Assembly: GCA_046563655.1 (NCBI GenBank) | Contig: CM102283.1 | Coordinates: 8,308,001-8,372,000 of the forward strand | DNA: 64,000 nt | DNA from: Yuukianura sp. NJ FZ-2021 | Taxonomy: Eukaryota | Direction: 5' to 3' | In this document: positions 53,280 to 64,000 of the stretch, piece by piece | Position numbering within the stretch: the first letter of the stretch is position 1 | Layout of the letters: each line of letters opens with the position of its first letter | Position numbers and translations under genes: made by a program | Notes under the pieces: model-generated | The model's database searches: none | What the model saw: the letters and a program-made list of their open reading frames with translations, nothing else | Told to the model about the DNA's origin: nothing

Positions 53280-53856
53280 CGGTTAATAAAAATATAGCCT
53301 TGTTCTAAAATTGTTCTTCTAATTTAAGAAAACCCTAAGCTATGCCCTTGTTTTATCTGCTCGGAAACACTTTCAAACAACTTTCTCTTTGTGTTGAATG
53401 AAAGTGTACAAGGTTGTACATTTCTGAGCCGAACGGTAAGGGTCATGAGGACGCCAATGTTAGCTTTCATAACGGTAAAATTCTAATTTTAGATGGCAAA
53501 ACTTCATTCAGATTGGTTGGAAGTTCCAACCAATCTGAAATGAATAGTTTCTGAAGTTTCGTAGCAGAGAAGTAGGTATATAAGAACGAAAATGCAAATT
53601 AAGCGTCTTTGCAATTCTTTATCAGTAGACTGCAAACCTCGTATCTTCGCTACAACTTCTGGAAATTAGAGCTGAAATTCGCTACAGTTGGGTTGCTTTT
53701 TGCAAAAAAAAAATATCCCACTACATACAGGTAAGTTTCCTTGGATTTATACTTTTCTGGCTTAAAACTGATAGAGCAAGGAAGCAAGGTTACTAGTTTT
53801 GCGAATCTTAGAAATTGTTGATTGATCAAACTAATTGTACGAACAATTTATTAATC

Positions 53857-54433
53857 ATGCCGAAGCCAGAGCTTCCAACAGAATTGGCCGAAGACATTTT
53901 GGCCTTAGAGGAGTCCAACGAAGCGTCGTCAAGTGGGGCCATGACGGCCGGACATGCACCTGAACGTCAAAGACAGGTACAGAAATCCTAAAATCTCCGT
54001 AAAATCATTGGAAGATGTTACAAATGAACACTCCTTACGGAATGTTATATCTGATTGTTAACTTTTCGTTAAACAGACGCCGTCCAGCGTTCCATCCAAT
54101 CCGACGAACGAAAGTTCGGTCAGTGACACAATACTAGCAGCAGCGGCAATCAACATCGAGAAGGTGGAGTTCGAAAAGAAAGAAGTCAAAATGATCGACG
54201 CCGCGGGGGGAGTTGAAAAGCGACAAGAGGAATTAGAAAACCAATTGGAGAAAGCGAAAATGGAATTTAGAGAAAAACAAGCGGAATTGAAAAAAAAGAT
54301 CAAATTTGTCAAAAGTTGTAAAGATGGAGGACTGGAAAAAGTCAAGAAGAGGATCGCTACAGATGCGAAAATAGTTGAAGATGTTAAAATCAAAAAGATT
54401 GAGACTGATTTGAAGCCAGCGGACCAACCCTAA
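53857..54433 (+). CDS. Small orphan protein with Lys/Glu-rich coiled coil (about 158 aa)
   Basis: Exons 53857-53976 and 54077-54433 join in frame (CAG|gtac ... aaacag|). An upstream donor CAG|gtaagt near 53731 suggests a UTR exon. Confidence 0.6.
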
Positions 54434-54684
54434 AACTCACACTGGTATCGTTCTTATCACAACTTAATCTACAGCATCAAACAAATAATTCAATTTGTTT
54501 GAATAAGAAAGCCTACACTTATTTCCTACAATATTCAATAATTGATTACCTCTGAAATTAAGTAATACTTTCAGACAAGTTGTTTGTGTTCAATAATAGC
54601 ATTCTACTAGTACGTCAAATGTACTCCTTTTAGTACTACATTCATGTAAGGTTAAGGTAAAATTTCACTTAATTGCAAATAAAT

Positions 54685-54985
54685 CTGAGGTTTCTTCACC
54701 CATGAATCCAATTCCAGAACTTTAGCATTGCCAAACTTGATTACTTGATCAGGGCCGTCACTATCCCATGAATTTTTAAAATTTATTTCCAGTAATCGAT
54801 TACATTTATATTTGTATTCACATTATTTCAAGTTGACCTCGATAGCGTGAAGAAAATCTCGGAAACTGTGTCGTTGTTGACGCCGGTCTCTCTTGGCTTG
54901 ATACTTGCGTGATTGGACAGAAAGTTGTCGAAGTTTAGCAATCAGTGTCTTCATGTTAACCCTGTCAGCATGGCCGTTCCGGAGT
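54685..54985 (-). pseudogene. Duplicated IFRD fragment (parts of two exons plus intron)
   Basis: Clear match to 55660-55952. Confidence 0.9.
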
Positions 54986-54990
54986 TTGAG

Positions 54991-55140
54991 TGAGTTGCAA
55001 TGTGGGCGGAGTCATGAAATTGTCGGGAGTGTTTAGTTCGGGATTTCACTGTGGGTCTGTCACATCTCCAGTAACCATTATACTGACATACGCCAGTACT
55101 TTAGCTGGGTTAAAGTCCTAATTTGAACGTTTAATAAAAA
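54991..55140 (+). pseudogene. Duplicated 3' end of the serine protease homologue
   Basis: Matches 53146-53292 including the stop position and AATAAA, with a small frameshifting indel near 55072. Confidence 0.9.
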
Positions 55141-55351
55141 TTTAACAATACCTTACAAGGGTAATTGGATATTTAAATACACTTTCAATTTAATTTCAAC
55201 ATTTAAGAGAATTACACGTATTAGATTAACCATTCTGAGGTCAACGATTTCATCTTCACTACTTACGCACATGACCACCACCAAGAATTTTGTAAAATTA
55301 GAGTTTACATTTAAAAGGTATTAAGATTTAGTTCATAAAACTTCTTTGCTA

Positions 55352-57624
55352 TTAAAAATCCGTAAGATTAGACATCCGTATATCCCGATTCTTCCCACGG
55401 TTGACACATCTGGCTTTGAAGTTGGCGCTGTTCAAAAATTGACGTTCCTGCTTAGCCTGTTTTCCACTCAATTGGTCCACTGCCTGTAGAGGACGCGGTG
55501 AACCGAGATCCAGAATCTGACGTACCAAGATGTTCTCGACAAGGTGTTTGTTCATTCCGGAGCCAAGAATCTAAAACAAAATCATGAAATTAACAAGAAA
55601 CCAACAAAGTGTTTAACGTGTAGTATGACATAAAATATTACATGACACATGGAGTCATACTGACGTTTCTTCACCCATGAATCCAATTCCAGAACTTCAC
55701 CATTGCCAAACTTGATCACTTGATCAGGGCCGTCACCATCCTAAGAATATAAAAAAAATTATTTGGATTTCCAGTGAAATCGACTAATCTTATTTCAATT
55801 TTACCTCTACGGCGTGAAGAAAATCTCGGAAACTGTGTCGTTGTTGACGCCGATCTCTCTTGGCTTGATACTTGTGTGATTGGACTGACAGTTCTCGAAG
55901 TTTAGCAATCAGAGTCTTCATGTTAACCCTGTCAGCATGACCGTTCCGGAGTCTTACACCGTCACATTCATCATCCGACGTGTCTTCATCAGATTCTTCC
56001 AGACCACAGATCTCTACCAGAAGTGCCACAGCTTCCCCTGAGTTCAAACGAACCTCCAGCTCCGAAACATCCAAAAGTTTTTTGAAAGTGTCCACCCATC
56101 TAAAAGACGTCAAAAACATTCTATGAATCTGCCAATATTTGAAAATATTAACATGTGAAACCTTACGCCTTGGCTTTGCGTGTGAGAAACTCAGCTGGCA
56201 TCAGAGTGATGAGAAGCGACCAGCCAGCAATTGCAGCGGAGGCTAAACTTCCACAACTCGTTCGTACAATTTTCATTCCTCCCTTGTTTCCAGCTTCTTC
56301 GTCATCTGAAGATGGTTTTGCAATTACAGCGTTGCTCAGAGCGAATAGTGGTTCCAATATGCCAAGAAGGTTGCTGATGTCGTCCAATGAACTCTCGGCA
56401 AGGAATGCTCCCATGCAGATAGCTTGACAGCACTGCAACAATGAAAACATAAATTAATCAAACGATTCACATGATTAAGCTAATAATTAAGTTAATCTTA
56501 CCTTGACTCTGACTGCAACTGGTGCAGTGTGATCTAAAAGAAGCGACTGAAGTGTGGGTTTGAGTAGATTGTAATCTTCAGTAGCAATGTCCAATTCCAC
56601 AGCTCCCAACTGGATCGCCAACAGTGACAAAAGCGTGGCTGCTGAACCTTGATCCGCACGTTGACCCCGTTTCAAAATTTTCTCCAATTGGTCTCTTAGT
56701 GTTTCCTTCTGGTTCATGATTGAGTCTGGAATGAATTGATTACTGAACGTTGTATTCAAGTTGGTAAGACAAGAAGCCCGGTAGCTGGCAGACTTTTCTG
56801 TAAGTCCTTCGATCCATTCCCCGATTTTTTCATCCATGTTCTCACGAGAAGTGTCACTGGTCACATCCACGTCATAGTTGTTTCCATTCTCTTGAACGCC
56901 TAGGATCAATAACAAAGGAGTTTAGATTCATTCCAATTCAGTAATTGAAACAATCAAGCAATCAGCAATCGATATTTCATGTTACCACCATCTTCGTAGC
57001 TTCCACGATCGGAGCTCAAGCTCATAACACTGGCTGAGTCTCCACCATTGACCGAGTCGTCATCCGACATGGCTCCATTTCGTCGTGGGTTCCGGAGTCC
57101 TGAAAAAATGAGAAAAAAATATCACTCATCTTTCCTCTTTTTCTTTGAAATTTCAATTTTTCAACCACTGTTGACTGATCTTCATTTAAAGGCCAATTCC
57201 TACTTGTGGCTACACATTGCATTCTTTTTCCAATTCATCTGCTACAGTGTGTCAGTTGTAAAACCACTTTAGTGATTGTGCAAAAACTGGCATGTGTACA
57301 GTAAACTTCAATCTCTCTCTCTTGCTAATCGTACCGTCTGAGTCTGAGCTCTCAAGGTTGATGTATACCCATAGCATATAAATAAAACAATGGTAATGGC
57401 AACGTTACAAAAAAGATACAAGGACAATGAGGTGGGTCAACAAAAATCAGGAATGGCCCAGTTACAACTTACTAAATTCGTTTCGTTTTCGAAACCAAAC
57501 CGATGTCAATTGATTTATCGATTTATGCTACCCAATTGATTAAGTTTAAGAAATTCTAGTTACCCGGAAGTCCTCGTTTCGGAGTTCCCTTGGCAGAGTT
57601 CTTGCCTGATCGATTCTTCGGCAT
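55352..57624 (-). CDS. IFRD1: Interferon-related developmental regulator (IFRD1/2 family)
   Basis: Basic N-terminus MPKNRSGK, LSLLAIQLG, GWSLLIT, GEAVALLVE, SHKYQAKRDRRQQRHSFRD, KFGNGEVLELDSW and C-terminal FKARCVNRGKNRDIR. Confidence 0.9.
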
Positions 57625-58934
57625 CTTGTTAAATCACGGAAGACAAAAAAATCAGAAAAGGAATGAGTTAAAGTCAATTAAATCAATGGCGCGTGCAGCA
57701 ATTAAGATTTTGAGGACATGGCCAAGGTCTTTGGCTCCGACCATGATCCATGAAAAACGAAAACAATGACCTTATTCACTAACTTGCTAAGTTGCTTATG
57801 CAGTTATTTGTAAACTTACGTTTGTTATTCAGTTAGCAGCTGTTATTATACAGGATGATCCCCTTGACAATCCAGTAACACAAGCAGTTGCAGTATTAAC
57901 ACGTGGCTGGAGATGCTGATAGTACTGGAGAGATTACCAGGGGCCAAGGTGATTAACTTGACAGACAGACGGGGCGAAGATGGGGAGCAATTAAATTGCT
58001 AATTTAGGGAAAGTTAGTTAAATGGGTCCAGCCCACTTTTAGTTACCCTAAGTATACTGGCACTTACTGTTATTTGTAATTAACTTATCGATTAACACAC
58101 TTTAAAAGAATTAACTTCAGTAAAACGTAGGTATTTAACTATAAATTTGTTGTTTTAGGTTAAGTCTTTTATCAAAAACGTTTAAGGACCAACCGTGGTA
58201 TAGTTACTTGCGGGATAGGATTTGGACACTGACCAAAGTTATGTCGTAAAGGATCAACTGGATGAACAATGGTAGCTGGAGATGATGACTCATGGACAAC
58301 AATGGCTGATTCTTTGGCCTGGTTCACTACAACCATTGCAGACTGGACCAAATTGAAGATAAGGATATACCAAATTCAATCCTTGTGAATTTTGGTAGTT
58401 AGTTGACCTCTTCCTTGACCCAAGTACTCAAAGTACTCTCTTGAAGACTACTAATTTGCAGTCACTTTTACTTTTAGCAAGTAGCACGAACGACGACGAG
58501 ATGACGAATGAACCACCTTTACTTCCGTATGTCTGCAAAAAGACTCGCGAGAGATCGAAATTTACAAGGAGATTCTGGGAATTTGGCATTTAGAGTTGCG
58601 CGCCGTCGAGAAACGAGAGAAGTGACGTACGGCGTGGCCTTTACAACATGCTTTTACAATCTTATGACTACGAATGACGGTCGACGAGGACTCATGACGC
58701 CTTGACGCCCACGAAAACAGATCGATCAGTTGACCTTTGACCTTCAAACAATGATTTCTATGGTCCTAGAGTTAATTTTAGACTCCAAGGGTCCAAGGGT
58801 TGATATTTTCTTGGCTATTTTGGAAGACGTTCGGGCAAAGGAACCTTTTTGTCTATTGCGAACCATTTATTCCACTAATCGATTAGAACGATTAAGTAAT
58901 CAACATGATTAGTTAATTAAGTTACTATTTAAGT

Positions 58935-61900
58935 TTAGAATCTGTTTTTTCAACAGCTGTTGGAGCTTCAGTAGCCGCAGTCGAGTTGGAGGGAGTTTGA
59001 TGTGGTGACAATGGAGTGAGATCTACTTTCAGTGGCTCCCTCTTGACGACCTGGCCTGACGAGGATCCGTCCAGCTTAAAAATAGCAAATGTTAAGATTT
59101 GACCTCAAGTTGACCTCTGCAGGCTGAAATTCAAAACGTATTTTAAAATATTTTACCGCTTCCAGCTCAACTGGACTATAAAATCGGACGAGTAGAAATT
59201 TGCGAATTATTGGCAACGTTACAAAGCAAATCGGTAGAACTAAGGCTCCAGGGGAGGTCTTGATGGCCCAGATGATTGCCAGTGCAAGGAGCTCAATCAA
59301 CGTGAAAACATGCATTTTCCAAGTCCGAACCTAGAAAAAACAACAAAGCGTATCTGAATTTCAAAATTCCGGCTTTCAAAATATCCGAGGCGCCAATTTT
59401 TCAAAACTTCTTACTTGTTTGACATAGGGTACTTCGGGGTAGTTGGATACTTGCTTGAACATGAGATACGTTCTGTCAGCAAACTGCATTCCTTTCAAGG
59501 ACGTTATGCCCATGTACAGGAAAAAACCAAGCAAAACGGACGTTGGAACGTACTGAAGTGCTCGGCCCATTACCACCGAAAATCCCAAGATAATACTCGT
59601 AAAAAGCGCGGTAAGTCGCTGTTCTATTTCAAAAAAATTAACAAAACGTTTTGAAAAACTGCAAGAACGAAAATGATGAAGGTCAAAGGTCACCTTTGGT
59701 TTCTATGATTTCAGGCGGTACTCCTGGTGGATTATTGGTTGAATACACTGCCAAGGCCATAAGATGTGTCACTCCGCGTAATGTCGCCGGTGACAAAAAG
59801 TTTGTCCCAAGTAGCCCCATTAAAGAATTTATGAAACAGATCAGCAGTACGTCTGCGTGGAATCCTCCGCCTTTCCGCATCAAAGACTCCTTCCGGTCCA
59901 TCAGCAACCTTTTCAAAAATCCAAAACAATTTTTCAAAAAATCATTTTTTTTGTCAAAAACGGAAAATTTTTTGATTTACTCTGCAATAGACAGTTCAAT
60001 GAAGACGACAACAAACAAGAGTAGTCCAGGCGCCGACGCAGCAAAGATCCACGTGACTGACAGGCGCATTGGATCCACGATCCATCCAGAAGGTCTTGCA
60101 AGTGCTGACACATTGTCGCTTCGTGTAGTTCTTAAACCATAAGTAATGGCATCCGGCAGCACAAGGTTCTTGTGTACGGGGTCAAACGGGGTCAAAAAGT
60201 AAGCCAAAATGGACATAACGACGATACTCAAGAAAACTCCGAAGTTGCCTAGATGTTTTCGGATGAGTTTTGTGCCATAAGTGGAGTTCTTGAAGGCTCG
60301 GAAGGTCATTGCCAGTGAAAAAGTGGTCATCATTAGCCCCAAATTAGTAAAAAACACTCCAGAGTCAGCAAGACTGCACAGATACAAAATTTTAACTTAA
60401 TTTTTGAAATTCAGTTTCAAAATTTTCGTTTTGTAGCAAAATTTCTTACGTTTTGGTCTTGAGAACTACGAGGTCCATAAATTCCTCAGTGACGAGCTTA
60501 AAACTTTCCCAAATGAAAACAACCTTGTACCCAGAAAGGGAGTAAAAATTTGAAAATTTGAAATTAACTTTTTGAAAGAGTCAAAATTTTGAAACATGCA
60601 TACCGATATAAAAACGGCAAAAATTTCTTGTGTGAATCGTGACAAGTATTTGGCAAGTACGCTTCCTTCGGCTGCAGTCACAACAAGTCCAACGACACTC
60701 ATCCAAATTCCGGTCCAAAATCGCATCGCAAGAAACTCATTCTTCATGTCCATGTTCACACAAAACTGAAATCCATCGAGTTTCCAGTAACATTCCAAAA
60801 TTTCGAAATTTCGTTTTTCAAAATTCAAAAAATCTCCTCTTACATCGTACAGACTCATTTCAAAAACCAGCAGAGATCCACTTGTCGCCAAAACCAACAG
60901 AGGTTGACATCCTAGAAGAGCAAAAATGACTCCGCCAACGGACGATCCCAGCAAATTTTCAGAAATACCGACAAAATTTTCTGTCTTCCTTGCTGTTTTA
61001 CACAAAAAATCAATCCGAGAAATGTTTAACTGAAAATCGCGAATTTTCGAAATTCGTTTTTGTTTAACCTAAGGTGGCTCCAAGTGCACAAGCTGACGCG
61101 ACGCAAGCAAAGTACATGAAAATCGCAACGGCAAGGCATTGCACGTTGAGTCCATCCCGAATGTCGGACCAGTAAAACGCGTATCTTCTGCGTATGTCAT
61201 TCCAAACTCCACCGAATGGACGCTTTGTACGTTCAAATGGACCGCCGATGAATTTGATTGGTTCTGGTTCACCTTCCTCCGAAAATTCAAGACTACCACG
61301 AAGTTTTCTGACGTAAATTGAATGTGCCCGGGCTTGAAGTTTTTGAATATGGAACATTTCATAGTCCCATTCTCCATGAGGAATGATCATGCTATGAAAT
61401 TTAAACCAATTTCATTAATTTTATTTACATTTTAAATAATTTTGATCAAATTAACACAAATCTTTGGTGGCTCAGAGTGCCAATGCTGTTTTTGCTATTT
61501 TGTAATTCAAAGAGAGTTTCAATTGCATTTCTTATTTCAATTTCAATTGCAATAATATTTTCATTTCAATAGCAATTTTATTTGCATTTGCAATTGAAAA
61601 ATTTCTAAGATCTGCGAGAAAATAGGGTAAAATTTCATTTCAAATGCATTTGCAATTGAAATGAAAATACAATTGCAATGGAAATGGACGTAGAAATCAA
61701 ATTGAAATGCAATTTCTATTAGAAATTGACAAAAACGAATTTGGCACTCTGGGGCCACCATATAAATCTAATCAATTAACAAAAATTAGGCGAGAGAAAT
61801 TACCTCGCGTCCAGAAATTCGTTCAGAGCAACCAAAATTTCACGCCGTTCACGCGCCTGGTAAATAATGTGACGAAATATCTGAAAGAAAAAATGCCTTT

Positions 61901-63131
61901 TTTTTAGAAGAATTTGGAATTCTGAAAACAGCGAATTTTTGAACTTTTGAATTTCTTTTCCTCATTTACTGAATTTGTAAGGAGTACGCCCATGCAACGT
62001 CCAACTTCTGAGTATGTTATTTCGCAAGTTGCAGGACCCAGCAGTACAAACACAAACCGAACTGGTATTGGAACCTAATCCAAATTTTGAATTTTCAATT
62101 TTTATTTTGAAATTTTGAAAGTTCTGGGAATGTTACCTCAGTGAGTCCAGGCATGAGTATGCCTTCGGCCAATCGCACAAAAGCGACTGCAAGTCCTTTG
62201 AGCGTCTCCTGCTCACTGCACAGGATGACGGCAGCTTCGGCTTCTTCCGGAATCCGCCGAACCAAGTGCGACAACTGCCGAATCCCCCGGATATCCTCTA
62301 GAGAAAGCAAAGAAATATTTCCAGCACCGCCTGTCTGAAATCACAAAACTCAAATTCAGTTTATTTTCATGTTTTTTTGAAAATACTGAGCCACCTAACC
62401 TCTGTTCCTCCAACATCGATTTGATTCATTTCCCTCTCTAAGAAGTTCCAAACTTTTTCAGAATCGTCAACATGACTGTGCTTCAGCAGCAGCGTTTTCC
62501 GCACAATTTTCAAATCGCTGGATTCCAGAACTTCCAGGTTATTGACAATTTCTGAAACTATACTTGCCATGTCAGTAGCTTCCAAATCCAAAAGAATTGG
62601 ACCTGACCAACAAAATTTCATTTTCAAACCAAACTTTTTGTCTTTTCTAAAAGTTTTTTTCAAAAAATTCAATTTCAAAAAGTTTTTGCCAACCAGCTTC
62701 CATAATACGACGGAGGTTAACCAATGAGTGGAAGTTGAGTGCTGGAATGTGCGGTTTGCCCCACCGAGATTCATTTTCTTCCAGCGCTTCTTCGTACTTG
62801 ATCCACCGTGATACTTGTCGCCAGCAATCTTGTGACAAAACATGTTGCTCCACAAAAAGCTAAAAATAGGTCACGGTCAGAATCAAAAAGTAAAACATGA
62901 AACTTTTTCGTAAAAAGTGCCGTTAGGAAGCTAAAATTTTGAAATTTTGACACCTACCATACGGTCTTCATGCTCGAATTTGCTAAATTTTGTAAGACTT
63001 TCTTTGTCGTCACTAGGTACATCCAGAAACAACTCTCCAAGGTCCAACGTCCTTGAAAATAAGCGCAGATCATTGCAATCTTTTAAACCAACAGAGCGCA
63101 GGCGCAGTTCGTTCTTGGCGTCTGAACCCAT
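58935..63131 (-). CDS. SLC4 anion exchanger (AE / band 3-like, divergent), multi-exon
   Basis: WRQVSRWIKYEE, RWGKPHI, GLTEV|PIPVRFVFVLLGP, PFERTKRPFGG, LSRFTQEIFA, FIELSIAE, KGGGFHAD, ATLRGVTH, EQRLT, FFLYMG. Confidence 0.92.
61465..61760. mobile_element. Palindromic MITE-like element in an SLC4 intron
   Basis: TIR tggtggctcagagtgccaa / ttggcactctggggccacca; the interior is built of inverted caattgcatttc-type motifs. Confidence 0.75.
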
Positions 63132-63418
63132 TAACTGTCACTGTTTACTTAAAAAACACTGATGCTGATGTGTTACTAAAATCTACCAATCAAATTGTTC
63201 TAAAATGGACCAGTTTACAAAAAAAAATGTTTAGAAAATTTACGTTTCAAAAGTTTTGTTTCAAAAACAAAGCATGGGATTTGCTATTAGCAACTTACGA
63301 TAACTTACTTTCATAAGTTATATTTTTTATTTCTACTTTTTTTTAGTTTTGAAATAGTTTGATATCTGACATGCTCGTACTTACTAAATTCAGTGATTGA
63401 AATTTCAGCATTTGACTT

Positions 63419-63989
63419 TTACATTGAGAATGCTGAGTTGTTGCCACACCATTTTGTAATAAATTTTGAAATGGCAGACAGTTCCTTACTGCTGCCACTG
63501 CGCAGTGTTCGAACAAATTTTTGCCAGTCATCTTTGTTCACTTGGCGCCCATTTTCAAAAACAGTTGCACTGTTTAAAAGCACTGGATATCCAGAAATGA
63601 GACACGGTTGAAGCTGGGTCACACCGTTGGTCAAACTACCCTCGTACACTCCACGTTCATCCAGCCGAAGTTCCTGCATTTCAAAAATTATCATTCCGAA
63701 GTTAGAAATTTCGAAATTTCAATTTTGGAAATTCAAATTTGTGCAAAGTTATGTAAACCTCGACAATTGTTTTGTCAGTAGCCGCTGATAGGACCCACTC
63801 CTTAGCTTCTTCGTGTTCATCCTGTGACACAGTGTGTTGTCCCGGCAGAGTACAGAACGCTGGAATGTCAGTTTCAGCGATCGATGAAGAATCTAAAGCA
63901 GAAGTGCTGCTGCGTCCTTCTTCCACTGCGTCAAAAATGTCCAAGTAGCGATTCAAAAACACGAGGGCCATGTTGTTCCAGCGCATGTC
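63419..63989 (-). CDS. IFT172: Intraflagellar transport protein 172, last two exons (gene continues beyond the window)
   Basis: NMALVFLNRYLD..DAVEEG, TDIP, EEAKEWVL, LDERGVYEGSL, PCLISGYPV, NKDDWQKF and KFITKWCG match the IFT172 C-terminus. Confidence 0.92.
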
Positions 63990-64000
63990 CTAAGGATTAG

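Noticed and set aside
58282-58360. C/D-box snoRNA candidate (ATGATGA ... CTGA)
   Set aside because: No terminal D box or terminal stem at a suitable distance.

Overview
AT-rich, intron-containing animal (arthropod-like) genomic DNA; short introns and a divergent F-box/LRR gene would fit a springtail-like hexapod, but that is inference. About 15.8 kb of non-coding sequence is followed by a gene-dense block: a Pro/Ser-rich unknown gene, lipoyltransferase 1, a Na+-coupled-type SLC4 bicarbonate transporter, a bacterial-type large-conductance mechanosensitive channel (MscL), SNX17, an F-box/LRR gene, ACOT13, cytosolic aspartate aminotransferase, a CRAL-TRIO gene, a 5.2-kb array of 31 exact-period 167-bp repeats, a catalytically dead clip-type serine protease homologue, an orphan coiled-coil gene, IFRD, an AE-type SLC4 and the 3' end of IFT172. 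The standout is the intact, intronless MscL CDS (31242-31709) with a CxxC/CxxC tail. It lies between two ordinary animal genes and appears to have a spliceosomal intron in its 5' UTR, so it is a candidate domesticated horizontal transfer. The window also holds several MITE-like elements (one nested pair), a gene fragment fused to the satellite, and a chimeric duplication junction. All family calls are from motif recognition by eye; no database search was run.
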